Shown here: positions 37,278 through 47,848 of the stretch, piece after piece
Layout: each line of letters opens with the position of its first letter
How positions within the stretch are numbered: position 1 is the first letter of the stretch
Assembly: GCA_965203915.1 (NCBI GenBank)
Contig: OZ241918.1
Location: forward strand, 24,639-88,638
From: Alphaproteobacteria bacterium
GTDB taxonomy: Bacteria > Pseudomonadota > Alphaproteobacteria > JASGCL01
Direction: 5' to 3'
Length of the DNA: 64,000 nt
Position numbers and translations under genes: made by a program
Notes under the pieces: model-generated
What the model was told of the DNA's origin: nothing
What the model saw: only the letters and a program-made list of their open reading frames with translations
Database searches by the model: none

Positions 37278-37963
37278 TTTTTTATCCTATAAAAATTAGT
37301 TGATATTGAGGTATTTGCCCCATTTATGCCCTGCCCCAGTGTATGCCCGTTTGCGTCCCGTTTTAGCCCCGCGCCCTCCATGTCCTTGAATGTCCCGCCC
37401 TCATGGTTATCCCTTTTTATGGTCAGCCCAAAAAATCTATATAAAATATATAAATATTAATGAATTATTACCAGCGGGTCCCTTAATAAGCTATAAGACA
37501 AACTAAACAAATGAATAATGTCGCGAGTTACAAAACGCCATCAAACATACTATTTATTAGTTTCTTCCCAAACCGTTTTATTTTTATAGCAAAAACTTTT
37601 GATGCAATCAAGAATTTTATTCAATTTTGAATAAAATTCTCTTTTAATGCACATTTCTTCCTGTGTATAAAATATTAACAACAATGAAGGGGTATTATTT
37701 TTTAACCTTTCAAAAATCCTCTTTCGCCCATTGGGAAATCTTGCTAAAGATTTGCTACAACCTGTAAACAAAAAATAGCAGACCCTTTTCATGATACTAT
37801 ATCAATAATAGCGCAATATTTAGGATTAATTTCATTAAAATTCAAAGATTTATGTTAAAATCTTGAATTGTTGGTAAAAATCAAATATAATAAAAAATAT
37901 CAAGAAATATTCTTATAAAAATCAATTATTTTCTACTCATTCCCTCCTGTTTTACTTCCCAAC

Positions 37964-39847
37964 ATGACTAAACTTCGTTCTCACACCACCACCCACGGTC
38001 GGAACATGGCTGGGGCGCGTGGGTTGTGGCGCGCCACGGGGATGAAGGATGGCGATTTCGGCAAACCCATTATTGCGGTGGTTAATAGCTTCACCCAATT
38101 TGTTCCAGGCCATGTGCATTTGAAAGATCTGGGCCAGATGGTGGCGCGCGAAATAGAAAAAAGCGGCGGCGTAGCCAAAGAATTCAACACCATTGCGGTC
38201 GATGACGGTATTGCCATGGGGCATGATGGCATGCTTTACAGTTTGCCATCGCGCGAACTTATCGCCGATTCGGTCGAATACATGGTTAACGCCCATTGCG
38301 CCGATGCCATGGTTTGCATTTCCAATTGTGATAAAATTACGCCTGGCATGTTGATGGCGGCGATGCGTATCAACATTCCCACCATATTTGTATCGGGCGG
38401 CCCGATGGAGGCTGGCAAAATCAATTGGAACAAAGCAACAGGCCATGTCGCCACCAATGGGGACGGCACAGTGAGGAAGGTTGACCTGGTCGATGCGATT
38501 GTTGAAGCCACCAACGACAAATTATCGGACGAAGAAATTGAGACCATCGAGAAGTCGGCTTGCCCAACCTGTGGCTCTTGCTCGGGCATGTTTACCGCCA
38601 ACAGCATGAATTCGCTGACCGAGGCTTTGGGCTTGTCCTTGCCTGGCAACGGGTCGTTGCTTGCCACCCATGCTTTGCGCAAAGAATTATTTTTGCAAGC
38701 GGGCCGAACAATTGTTGACCTGTGCAAGGAATTTTATGAAAAAGAAAATAGCGCGGTGTTGCCACGCTCCATCGCCAATTTTCAGGCATTTGAAAATGCC
38801 ATGACGCTTGATATTGCCATGGGCGGTTCAACCAACACCGTGTTGCATTTGCTTGCCATTGCTCATGAGGCTGGTTGTGATTTCAGCATGAAGGATATTG
38901 ATAGATTGTCCAAAAAAGTGCCAACGATTTGTAAGGTATCGCCCGCCACCAGCCTTTACCATATGGAGGATGTTCACCGTGCGGGCGGCATTGTTGGTAT
39001 TTTGGCCGAATTGAATCGCGGCGGACTCATCCACCATCAATTGCCCACCGTGCATAGCAAAACCTTGCTGGAGGCCTTAAACCATTGGGATATTATGGTT
39101 AGCAATCAAAAAGATGTTTCAGAATTTTACCGCGCCGCCCCTGGCGGGGTGCGCACCACCGAGGCCTTTTCGCAAAACCGTCAATACCCCGATCTGGATA
39201 ATGACCGCAAAAATGGCTGCATCCGTTCGGTGGAGCATGCTTATAACAAAGAAGGGGGTTTGGCGGTGTTGTATGGTAATTTGGCGCCCGACGGGTCGAT
39301 TGTAAAAACCGCGGGGGTTGATGAGAAAATTTTTAGCTTCGTTGGCCCCGCCAAAATTTATGAAAGCCAGGATTCGGCTTGCCGCGCCATTTTGGAAAAG
39401 AAAATTGTGCCAGGCGATGTGGTGATTATAAGATACGAAGGGCCCAAGGGTGGGCCAGGCATGCAAGAAATGCTTTACCCCACCAGTTATTTAAAATCGA
39501 TGGGTTTGGGCAAGGATTGCGCCTTGATAACCGATGGTCGGTTTTCGGGCGGCACGTCGGGCCTTTCGATTGGCCATGTCTCGCCCGAAGCCGCCGCGGG
39601 CGGGTTGATAGGTTTGGTGGAAGAAGGCGACGAAATTGTTATCAACATTCCCAAGCGTCAATTGTCATTGAATGTTGCGGCGCAAGAAATTGAAAAAAGG
39701 AAAATGACCGAACAGCAACGGGGTCGTGCCGCCTTCACCCCGCGGGAGGAGCGAACAAGAAAAGTTTCGGCAGCCTTGCGCAGTTATGCAGCCATGACAA
39801 CATCGGCCGCGACGGGCGCGGTGCGCGACGTAAGTTTGGTGGAATGA
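37964..39847 (+). CDS. ilvD: dihydroxy-acid dehydratase
   Basis: [52 protein letters not shown]. Confidence 0.95.
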   Translation: MTKLRSHTTTHGRNMAGARGLWRATGMKDGDFGKPIIAVVNSFTQFVPGHVHLKDLGQMVAREIEKSGGVAKEFNTIAVDDGIAMGHDGMLYSLPSRELIADSVEYMVNAHCADAMVCISNCDKITPGMLMAAMRINIPTIFVSGGPMEAGKINWNKATGHVATNGDGTVRKVDLVDAIVEATNDKLSDEEIETIEKSACPTCGSCSGMFTANSMNSLTEALGLSLPGNGSLLATHALRKELFLQAGRTIVDLCKEFYEKENSAVLPRSIANFQAFENAMTLDIAMGGSTNTVLHLLAIAHEAGCDFSMKDIDRLSKKVPTICKVSPATSLYHMEDVHRAGGIVGILAELNRGGLIHHQLPTVHSKTLLEALNHWDIMVSNQKDVSEFYRAAPGGVRTTEAFSQNRQYPDLDNDRKNGCIRSVEHAYNKEGGLAVLYGNLAPDGSIVKTAGVDEKIFSFVGPAKIYESQDSACRAILEKKIVPGDVVIIRYEGPKGGPGMQEMLYPTSYLKSMGLGKDCALITDGRFSGGTSGLSIGHVSPEAAAGGLIGLVEEGDEIVINIPKRQLSLNVAAQEIEKRKMTEQQRGRAAFTPREERTRKVSAALRSYAAMTTSAATGAVRDVSLVE

Positions 39848-39924
39848 AATCAACAAACATAAGTCCAGGAAATAAAATTGAACATACCAACCCAACCAAA
39901 TAAAAAAACCAAGCAGCCCAACCG

Positions 39925-40566
39925 ATGAGTGATAATAAAGATCCTGTGATAGATTATGACTTGATTGTCACCAACCAATTGCGTGCCGTGGTGCCCGCGG
40001 TGTTGCGCAAGGTATTAGAAAAAAACGCCAACGCGACCGAAATACCAAGCCCGCATTATTTTTACATTAGTTTTAATACCCGCGCGCCAGGGGTGGTCAT
40101 GCCGTCTTACCTCAAAAGCCAATACCCCGAGGAAATGACGGTTGTGTTGCAATATCAATTTTGGAATTTGGTGGTCACCGACAAGGAATTTTCGGTGGTT
40201 TTAAGTTTCGGCAAAACCCCTGCCGCCATCACCATTCCTTATCAATCTATTGTTCAATTTTCTGACCCCGCGGTCAATTTTATGTTAAGGTTTGATGACG
40301 AGGAAAGCGAAGGCGATGCTGCCACGCCAACCCCGCCTTTATCGAACCCCCATATTCCCCATAAACAAAGCAACCTGCCTCTGGGCTCGGCTTCATCCCA
40401 TGCTTCATCCCATGGGCATGATGTATCAGCCAAGCAACCGTCAAGGGGCGCAACGCCACCAAGCGACAAGCAAAAAAATAACGAAGCGATTGACGGCGAT
40501 CCCGCGCCAACATCGAATGTGGTTTCTTTGGCCGAATTTCGTCGGCAACGGCCTCATAAGAAATAA
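39925..40566 (+). CDS. sspB: ClpXP adaptor SspB (alpha-proteobacterial type)
   Basis: YFYISFNTRAPGVVMPSYLKSQYPEEMTVVLQYQFWNLVV...IPYQSIVQFSDPAVNFMLRF is collinear with my recollection of Caulobacter SspB-alpha. A disordered linker is followed by a basic C-terminal tail. Confidence 0.8.
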   Translation: MSDNKDPVIDYDLIVTNQLRAVVPAVLRKVLEKNANATEIPSPHYFYISFNTRAPGVVMPSYLKSQYPEEMTVVLQYQFWNLVVTDKEFSVVLSFGKTPAAITIPYQSIVQFSDPAVNFMLRFDDEESEGDAATPTPPLSNPHIPHKQSNLPLGSASSHASSHGHDVSAKQPSRGATPPSDKQKNNEAIDGDPAPTSNVVSLAEFRRQRPHKK

Positions 40567-40578
40567 GGGACGCAACCC

Positions 40579-42219
40579 ATGTCTCCCGCCTCTCATATTC
40601 TTGATGTGCTTGACACGCCGCCGCCCAAGCGTCCCATGACGCGGTTGGATTTGCCGCCACCCACGGTTGATAGGTTTCATGATAAGGATTATTTGCTGGT
40701 GGCGGAAGACTCCCTGACCGCCCTTGCCAAACTTGCTTTTCATGACATCAATTTGTTTTTGCGCCCCGACCATTTGGCGCAATTGGCGGGTATTTTACAA
40801 GATAACGAGGCCAGCCCCAACGACAAATATGTCGCCTTAGAACTTCTCAAAAATGCCAATATTGCGGCGGGCGGTATTTTCCCCATGTGCCAAGATACGG
40901 GCACCGCGATTGTGATAGGAAAAAAAGGCCAACGTATGATAACCACGGGCGAGCGTTTTGGCGGCGACGATCGCGAAGCCATCGCCAAGGGGATTTTTGA
41001 TTGTTACCAAGAAAATAGTTTTCGCTATTCGCAATTGTCGCCGTTGGGCAGTTTTACAGAAACCAACACCAAGAGCAACCTGCCTGCGCAGGTTGAAATC
41101 ATGGCGGAGGGCGACCCCGAGGCTTACGAATTTTTGTTCGTTGCCAAGGGCGGTGGTTCGGCCAACAAAAACTTTTTTTATCAACCGCCGCCTGCCTTGC
41201 TGGAAGAACAAAAAATGTTAAACTTCATCGAAAGCAAATTGCGCGAGCTCGGCACCTCGGCCTGTCCGCCCTATCATTTGGCTATTGTCGTGGGCGGCAC
41301 ATCGGCCGAGATGACGATGAAGGTTTTGAAACTGGCGACTTGTCGCTACCTTGATAATTTGCCAACCCACGGCGGCGATGAAGCCAAACCATTCCGCGAT
41401 ATCATGCTGGAAGAAAAAATTTTCAAAATAACCCAAGGGCTCGGGATTGGCGCGCAATTTGGCGGCAAGTATTTCTGCCTTGATGTGCGGGTGATAAGGT
41501 TGCCGCGCCATAGTGCTTCCCTGCCGCTGGGGATTGGCGTTAGTTGTTCGGCCGACCGCCAAGCCGTTGCGCGCATCGACCGCACGGGCATATGGTTGGA
41601 AGAATTATGCAAAGACCCCGCGATATTTTTGCCAGAAGTGGATGGCAACAAATTGTTAGGGGCCGCGGTGCCGATTGATTTAAACAAACCCATGGCCGAT
41701 ATATTGAAGGATTTGGGAAAATGCGGCGTGAAGACGCGAGTCAGCCTGAGCGGGACCATTGTTGTCGCGCGCGACATGGCCCATAAAAAAATATCTTTGC
41801 AATTACAAAAAACGGGAAAATTGCCCGATTATATCAAGGACCACCCTATTTATTATGCGGGGCCCGCCAAAACGCCCGATGGGTTTGCATCGGGGTCGTT
41901 TGGCCCCACCACCGCGGGGCGGATGGATGAATATGTTGAAGAATTGCAAAAACATGGCGGGTCGATGGTTATGTTGGCGAAGGGTAATAGGTCGAAACTT
42001 GTCGCGCGTTCTTGCAAAAAATATGGCGGATTTTATTTGGGGTCGATTGGTGGCCCCGCGGCGCGGTTGGGGCGCGATTGCATAACCAAGGTTGAAATGT
42101 TGGATTACGAAGAATTGGGATTGGAAGCGGTGCGCAAAATTACCGTGAAGGATCTGCCTGCCTTCGTGGTGATTGACAACCAAGGTCATGATTTTTATGA
42201 TGGCTTAACCGCAGAATAA
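40579..42219 (+). CDS. fumA: class I (Fe-S) fumarate hydratase
   Basis: 546 aa, [21 protein letters not shown], fused alpha and beta domains. Confidence 0.9.
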   Translation: MSPASHILDVLDTPPPKRPMTRLDLPPPTVDRFHDKDYLLVAEDSLTALAKLAFHDINLFLRPDHLAQLAGILQDNEASPNDKYVALELLKNANIAAGGIFPMCQDTGTAIVIGKKGQRMITTGERFGGDDREAIAKGIFDCYQENSFRYSQLSPLGSFTETNTKSNLPAQVEIMAEGDPEAYEFLFVAKGGGSANKNFFYQPPPALLEEQKMLNFIESKLRELGTSACPPYHLAIVVGGTSAEMTMKVLKLATCRYLDNLPTHGGDEAKPFRDIMLEEKIFKITQGLGIGAQFGGKYFCLDVRVIRLPRHSASLPLGIGVSCSADRQAVARIDRTGIWLEELCKDPAIFLPEVDGNKLLGAAVPIDLNKPMADILKDLGKCGVKTRVSLSGTIVVARDMAHKKISLQLQKTGKLPDYIKDHPIYYAGPAKTPDGFASGSFGPTTAGRMDEYVEELQKHGGSMVMLAKGNRSKLVARSCKKYGGFYLGSIGGPAARLGRDCITKVEMLDYEELGLEAVRKITVKDLPAFVVIDNQGHDFYDGLTAE

Positions 42220-42234
42220 TGGCATCCGACATTC

Positions 42235-43161
42235 ATGACTGCCCCTATTACATTTACCAAAATGCACGGCATCGGCAATGATTTTGTTATCATCGACGCC
42301 AGAATAAAAAATAACAAACATTGGTTGGATGGTTTATCGCCAAGCCAATTGGCCAACAACATGGCGCGGTTGTCTGACCGTCATCGCGGTATTGGTTGCG
42401 ACCAAATTATTATATTGCAAGACCCGCCAAGGGGTGATGAAAATTCAAAGTTGGATATTGCCATGGTTATTTTTAACCACGATGGTTCGGTGGCGCAAAC
42501 ATGCGGCAACGCCACCCGTTGCGTGGCGCAAATAATGGGGCGCGAAAAAAATAAAAAAGAAATATATATCGACAGCCATGGTCGATTATTAACCGCCGTG
42601 TTATTAGCCAACAACATGGTGGCGGTAAACATGGGGGTTGGGGTTTACGATTGGCAAAAAATCCCCCTGAGCCAAAATTGCGACACGATGAATTTACCAT
42701 TGCTTGATATGGCGGCGGATAAAGGCGGTGTTATGTTGCGCGATATTTTTAAGCAATATAATTTTACCCCCCTGGCCCCCGCCATGGCGGTTAATGTTGG
42801 CAACCCCCATTGTGTTTGGTTGGTGGAAAACGCCGATGAGGTAGCGATTGAAGAAATTGGCAAGGCGATTGAAAACCACCCCTTGTTCCCCGAACGCACC
42901 AATGTTGAATTTGTTTCCGCCACCACCACGCCAAGCCAATTTCGTTTGCGGGTGTGGGAACGCGGCGCGGGGGCGACATTAGCCTGTGGTTCGGGGGCGG
43001 TGGCGACATTTTTGGCGTTGCATCGTTTGGCAAAAATAACCGATAAGCGCGCCACCATGGTAATGGATGGCGGCACATTACAATTAACCATGAATGATGA
43101 CCAACAAGTTATCATGAGTGGCCCCGCCGAGTTTGTTTTTGCGGGGAAGTTTGATATTTGA
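42235..43161 (+). CDS. dapF: diaminopimelate epimerase
   Basis: FTKMHGIGNDFVIID, CGNATRC, LACGSGA (the two catalytic Cys). Confidence 0.9.
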   Translation: MTAPITFTKMHGIGNDFVIIDARIKNNKHWLDGLSPSQLANNMARLSDRHRGIGCDQIIILQDPPRGDENSKLDIAMVIFNHDGSVAQTCGNATRCVAQIMGREKNKKEIYIDSHGRLLTAVLLANNMVAVNMGVGVYDWQKIPLSQNCDTMNLPLLDMAADKGGVMLRDIFKQYNFTPLAPAMAVNVGNPHCVWLVENADEVAIEEIGKAIENHPLFPERTNVEFVSATTTPSQFRLRVWERGAGATLACGSGAVATFLALHRLAKITDKRATMVMDGGTLQLTMNDDQQVIMSGPAEFVFAGKFDI

Positions 43162-43225
43162 GGTATAAAACATTTTTATTTTTCTAGCTAAACTTGCTTG
43201 GTTTTCAATTTTCTGTTAGCAAAAA

Positions 43226-44839
43226 ATGACAGAAAAAATAATGACAAAGAATTCTCGGGTTTACCTGTTTGATACCACCCTGCGCGATGGTGCGCAAACC
43301 CAGGGGGTCAATTTTACCCAACATGATAAGGTTATGATAGCCACCATGTTGGATGAATTGGGGTTGGATTATATCGAGGGCGGTTTTCCTGGCGCCAACC
43401 AAACCGACGACGAATTTTTTGCCAACCCGCCAAAGTTAAAAAATGCGGGGTTGGTGGCATTTGGCATGACGCGGCGTGCAGGGGTTTCGGCCGATAATGA
43501 CCCTGGGCTGCGCGCAACATTAAACGCCGCCGTGCCCCATGCCTGCATTGTTGCCAAATCGTGGGATAAGCAAATTACCAAAATTATGAACATCGACCCC
43601 GCCGAAAATTTGGCGATGATTGAATCGTCGATAAAATTATTATGCACCAGCAAGGAAGAGGTAATGCTTGATGCCGAACATTTTTTTGATGGGTTCTATT
43701 CCAACCCCGATTACGCCCAGCAGGTGATAGAGACGGCCCTGAACGCGGGGGCACGGTGGGTGGTGTTGTGCGACACGCGCGGTGCCATGTTGCCCGCCAA
43801 TATTGAGGAAGTTATCAAAACCGTGGCAAAAAATATCGACCTTAGCCGTATTGGCATCCACGCCCATAACGACAGCGATTGCGCGGTCGCCAACAGCCTG
43901 ACCGCGGTGCAACATGGCGTGCGCCAGGTGCAGGGCACATTGAATGGTTTGGGCGAGCGTTGCGGCAACGCCAATATTTTATCAATGATGGCCGACCTGC
44001 ATTTTAAAATGGGTATGGATATTGGTGCGGCAAAAAATAATTTATCATTGATGACAAAAATATCGCGCCAACTTGACGAAACATTGGCACGCGCCCCCAA
44101 CCCGCATTTGCCATTTGTCGGCGGCAATGCCTTCGCCCATAAGGGTGGTTTGCATGGCTCCGCCGTGATGAAGGACCCCGAATCTTACGAACATATCAAC
44201 CCCGAATCGGTCGGCAACGAACGGGTGGTGGTGATGTCGGACCAATCGGGCAAGGCCAATTTGCGCTGGCATTTGCAAAAATTTAACCTGACGATAAAAG
44301 CCGACGAAGAAGAAAAATTGTTGGCGGCGATAAAAAACGCCGAATTCAAAGGTTTAAATTTTGACGGCGCGGAGGCATCGGTTGAAATTTTTTTGCGCCG
44401 TCAATTAAAAAAAATGGATGAGTTTTTTTCCTTAACCCGTTGCATGATTAGCCATGGCGCCATCATGACCGATAAGAATGATGACGGCGGCAGCAGGGTG
44501 CAGGCCACCACCGAAGTCAAGGTGGGGGATAAAACAACCCTTAAAACGGCCGAGGCCGAAAACAATGGGCCCGTGTATGTGCTGGACAAGGCTTTGCGCC
44601 AAGCGTTGTTGGAACATTTTCCCCATTTGGAAAAAGTTCAATTGGTGGATTACAAAGTTCGGATTATTCCACCCAACAAACAATATCAAAGCACGGGGGC
44701 GTTAACCCGCGTGATGATAGAATCAAGCGATGGTAAAAATAATTGGACAACGGTCGGCATATCGCCCAATATCATTTCCGCGTCGGAGATTGCCCTGACC
44801 GATGCTTATCGTTATTATTTGCTGAAACACACTGGTTAA
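43226..44839 (+). CDS. cimA: (R)-citramalate synthase / LeuA-family 2-alkylmalate synthase
   Basis: LFDTTLRDGAQTQGVNFT, HAHNDSDCAVANSL. The ~537-aa length and C-terminal regulatory domain are typical of CimA. Confidence 0.8.
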   Translation: MTEKIMTKNSRVYLFDTTLRDGAQTQGVNFTQHDKVMIATMLDELGLDYIEGGFPGANQTDDEFFANPPKLKNAGLVAFGMTRRAGVSADNDPGLRATLNAAVPHACIVAKSWDKQITKIMNIDPAENLAMIESSIKLLCTSKEEVMLDAEHFFDGFYSNPDYAQQVIETALNAGARWVVLCDTRGAMLPANIEEVIKTVAKNIDLSRIGIHAHNDSDCAVANSLTAVQHGVRQVQGTLNGLGERCGNANILSMMADLHFKMGMDIGAAKNNLSLMTKISRQLDETLARAPNPHLPFVGGNAFAHKGGLHGSAVMKDPESYEHINPESVGNERVVVMSDQSGKANLRWHLQKFNLTIKADEEEKLLAAIKNAEFKGLNFDGAEASVEIFLRRQLKKMDEFFSLTRCMISHGAIMTDKNDDGGSRVQATTEVKVGDKTTLKTAEAENNGPVYVLDKALRQALLEHFPHLEKVQLVDYKVRIIPPNKQYQSTGALTRVMIESSDGKNNWTTVGISPNIISASEIALTDAYRYYLLKHTG

Positions 44840-44878
44840 GAAAATACATTGCCCCATAAGCCAACAGGTTCGTTACCC

Positions 44879-45601
44879 ATGAATAACCCAACCATTGTTT
44901 TGGTGCGGCCACAATTGGCCGAAAATATTGGTATGGCCTGTCGCGCCATGTTAAATTTTAATTTTCAGAACCTAACCCTGGTCGCGCCGCGCGACGAATT
45001 CCCGTCGGTCGAGGCCAGCAGCGCCAGCGCGGGTGCGGAAGCCATTATTTTCCCCAAGGTAAAAGTTTTTGACGGGCTGAAACCCGCCCTACAAGATTTT
45101 CATTATATTGTCGCAACATCGGTCAGGCCGCGCGAGCAAGCCATCAGCGTGTTAAACCCCACCGATTCATTAGCCAATATAAAATCGGCGATGGCGCAAG
45201 GCAACAAGGTCGCGGTGCTATTTGGCCCCGAACGGACGGGCCTTACCAATGATGATTTGGTTTATGCCAACCATATTTTGGAATTCCCCACCAACCCCGA
45301 TTTTTCATCGTTAAATTTGGCGGGCAGCGTGTTGCTTTTTTGTTATCTGTGGTTTCAATTGTTGGGCGGGCAAGATAAATTATCGGCCCCTGCCTTCACC
45401 GAAACGGCGTCGGTGGAACAGCGGCAACATTTTATTCATCGGCTTTTAACTGCTTTGGAAGAAAATGATTTTTTTAAATCACCACCCATGAAGCCCGCCC
45501 TGTCGCGCAATATTGCGCAAATGATAAATCGCGCCCATTTTTCGGAACAGGAAATGAGAACATGGCAAGGCATCTTAAGCAACTTACTTGAAAAAAAATA
45601 A
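44879..45601 (+). CDS. SpoU/TrmH-family RNA 2'-O-methyltransferase (TrmJ-like)
   Basis: IVLVRPQLAENIGMACRAMLNF...LFGPERTGLTNDDL...SLNLAGSV. ATG 44879 is preferred to TTG 44849. Confidence 0.75.
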   Translation: MNNPTIVLVRPQLAENIGMACRAMLNFNFQNLTLVAPRDEFPSVEASSASAGAEAIIFPKVKVFDGLKPALQDFHYIVATSVRPREQAISVLNPTDSLANIKSAMAQGNKVAVLFGPERTGLTNDDLVYANHILEFPTNPDFSSLNLAGSVLLFCYLWFQLLGGQDKLSAPAFTETASVEQRQHFIHRLLTALEENDFFKSPPMKPALSRNIAQMINRAHFSEQEMRTWQGILSNLLEKK

Positions 45602-45656
45602 GAATTCGTCTATAAGCAAACAACAAACATTGGCTAAAATCAATTAAGAGGGCTCC

Positions 45657-46292
45657 ATGGAAAATTACCTGCATTCAATGTTATCACCCGAGGTTTTTGC
45701 CTTCTTCAGCGTGGTTATCATCGACCTTGTCCTAAGTGCCGACAATGGATTGATAGTGGGTTTGGCGGCGGCGAGCCTGCCCCCCGAGCAACGCAAAAAA
45801 GCCATTGCGGTGGGTATCCTCTTGGCAACTTTGTTCCGTATATTATTTGCCGCCTTAACCGTGCAATTGCTAAAAATTCCGGGCGTTTTGTTGGTTGGTG
45901 GGTTGCTGTTATTATGGGTCGCCTACAAAATGTGGACTGACTTACGCGGGCAATCAGGAAATGATAAAAAACATAGCGCGCAATTAACCAAAGGCAGTAA
46001 AAAGGTCGAGCGTAAATCCTTTGCCGCCGCCCTGTGGCAAATAACCCTGGCGGATATTTCCATGTCTATCGACAATGTGTTGGCGGTGGCGGGGGCTTCT
46101 AAAGAACACCCTTATATCATGATGTTTGGCTTGGGCCTATCAATTGTCTTAATGGCAACCGTTGCCACCATGATAGCCAACTTGCTTAAAAAATACCCTA
46201 TCATCGGCTACATCGGCTTGATTATCATTGTTTACATCGCGGGCAAATTAACGCTGCAGGGTGTCGAACAATTGATGGGTTATTTTCAATAG
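45657..46292 (+). CDS. TerC/YjbE-family integral membrane protein
   Basis: Repeated DLVLSADNGLIV and DISMSIDNVLAV motifs in a polytopic 211-aa protein. Confidence 0.8.
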   Translation: MENYLHSMLSPEVFAFFSVVIIDLVLSADNGLIVGLAAASLPPEQRKKAIAVGILLATLFRILFAALTVQLLKIPGVLLVGGLLLLWVAYKMWTDLRGQSGNDKKHSAQLTKGSKKVERKSFAAALWQITLADISMSIDNVLAVAGASKEHPYIMMFGLGLSIVLMATVATMIANLLKKYPIIGYIGLIIIVYIAGKLTLQGVEQLMGYFQ

Positions 46293-47308
46293 CGACTTTT
46301 GCTTATTTGTAAAAAAAGTCTTTCGGTTAATAACCGACTAGGCAAGGATGATTTAACCTGGTCTTCGAGTTGTAACAATTTGCCGCGCCAAAACGGTAAT
46401 TTATGGCGTTGAAACAACCCAAGCGATTTTCTGACAATGGGGCGATTTTTAAAAAATGGCACCGCCCGTTCTATCACGCCATCAATATCGCCGCCCTTGG
46501 CAACCTCGTCATGAATATTTTGCAGGCGGGTTAGCTCCATCATCATGCGGCGAATGATCTGCATCGTTTCAATTTTTTCAACGCGCAATTTTTCTTGCAG
46601 GCTTATCACCAGCGGTGTGTCCTTGGTCAGCACCGCGTTGATAAACCTATCGAGTGTTTCATGGCTAACATTGATGAAGGGGCGCACATCGTCCAGCGTT
46701 AATTCTTTTTCACCAAAACCGTAGAGGCATATTTGTTCGATAATTTGTTTGGTTTCTAATCGGTTGCCGCCCAATTGTTGGCTTAACCAATATTGCGCAT
46801 CGTTGGTCATGGTTACATCGTAATGACGCAATTGGTCTTTTAACAATTGCAGGATGGTTTTTTCATCATCCTGGTAAGCGGGCAAGGCCATGGCGAAGTC
46901 GCTTGTTTCAACGGCTTTGCGCAGGGCCGACCGTTTGTCCAAATTGTTGGCGACCAACAATAGATAATTATCACCCATCGGTTCTTTAAAAAAATCTGCC
47001 AGGGCTTTTTCATAAAGCCTTTCATCAACATCGGTTATCACCAACAATCTTTTGCCGCCGTCAAATGACATGGCAAGCATTTCGTCAAAAAAACGACTGG
47101 GTTTTTCGATGATGACATTTTGCGCTAGTTGCGTGAAACGAAAGGGATCTTTGTCGGGCGCGAGGGTTGCCACCATGGTGGCTTGCCGTTCGGCGGACAG
47201 GCCAACCTCTGGCCCATAGAGCAACCAAACGCGGTAAGGATTTTTGCCCAGGTCGCGCGCAAAATTCTTAACAAAATCATGAACTTTGTAGGCAGGTAAA
47301 GATGACAT
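46286..47308 (-). CDS. holA: DNA polymerase III delta subunit
   Basis: 340 aa, YRVWLLYGPE N-terminal clamp-loader pattern. Its position after leuS-lptE is the conserved proteobacterial arrangement. Confidence 0.8.
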   Translation of the reverse strand: MSSLPAYKVHDFVKNFARDLGKNPYRVWLLYGPEVGLSAERQATMVATLAPDKDPFRFTQLAQNVIIEKPSRFFDEMLAMSFDGGKRLLVITDVDERLYEKALADFFKEPMGDNYLLLVANNLDKRSALRKAVETSDFAMALPAYQDDEKTILQLLKDQLRHYDVTMTNDAQYWLSQQLGGNRLETKQIIEQICLYGFGEKELTLDDVRPFINVSHETLDRFINAVLTKDTPLVISLQEKLRVEKIETMQIIRRMMMELTRLQNIHDEVAKGGDIDGVIERAVPFFKNRPIVRKSLGLFQRHKLPFWRGKLLQLEDQVKSSLPSRLLTERLFLQISKSRY

Positions 47309-47314
47309 GTTTTT

Positions 47315-47836
47315 TTACGGGGCGGCAGGCGAAACCAACAGACGATTGCGTGCCTCCAGCGCGATGGCACTCATGGCGAATTGTAATTTCTTTTTCCGTG
47401 CTTCGGATTGACTAAACCCCGACAAGGACGCCACGACATAACTGCTGTTCTGGCTTATCGTGAATTCGTCCAACACCTTGCCCGATGATTTTTCATAAAG
47501 CACGAAATTAACATTAACCACCAATTCCGCCACCTGGTTGACATTGGCGACCGAAATATCGCCGATGTTGCTTTCGTTTAATTGAATGCTGGCGCGTAAT
47601 CCTTTTTTTAGGCCGCCAAGTTTTTTTCGCGGGCCAAAAGCATAATCCAATTCATTTTTTAATATTTGGCCTTCGCGCGCGGCAATATTATCAACCGCAA
47701 TATCTTGCAAGATATTAGGTTTCATCTCGCCCGTTTTTTCATCAAATTGGTAGGCCGCATGCAACCCACAACCTGCCAACAATAACATCAAGGCTACGCC
47801 CGTCCCCCCCCATAATATTTTTTTGACAATGTTCAT
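47315..47836 (-). CDS. lptE: LPS-assembly lipoprotein LptE
   Basis: Lipobox LLLAGC|G, about 170 aa, immediately downstream of leuS. Confidence 0.65.
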   Translation of the reverse strand: MNIVKKILWGGTGVALMLLLAGCGLHAAYQFDEKTGEMKPNILQDIAVDNIAAREGQILKNELDYAFGPRKKLGGLKKGLRASIQLNESNIGDISVANVNQVAELVVNVNFVLYEKSSGKVLDEFTISQNSSYVVASLSGFSQSEARKKKLQFAMSAIALEARNRLLVSPAAP

Positions 47837-47848
47837 ACCATCATAACC

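Noticed and set aside
37550-37792. 80-aa minus-strand ORF in the AT-rich 670-bp spacer between the XRE regulator and ilvD.
   Set aside because: It has no Shine-Dalgarno before its ATG and no recognisable motif. It could be a real orphan gene, but I cannot support it.
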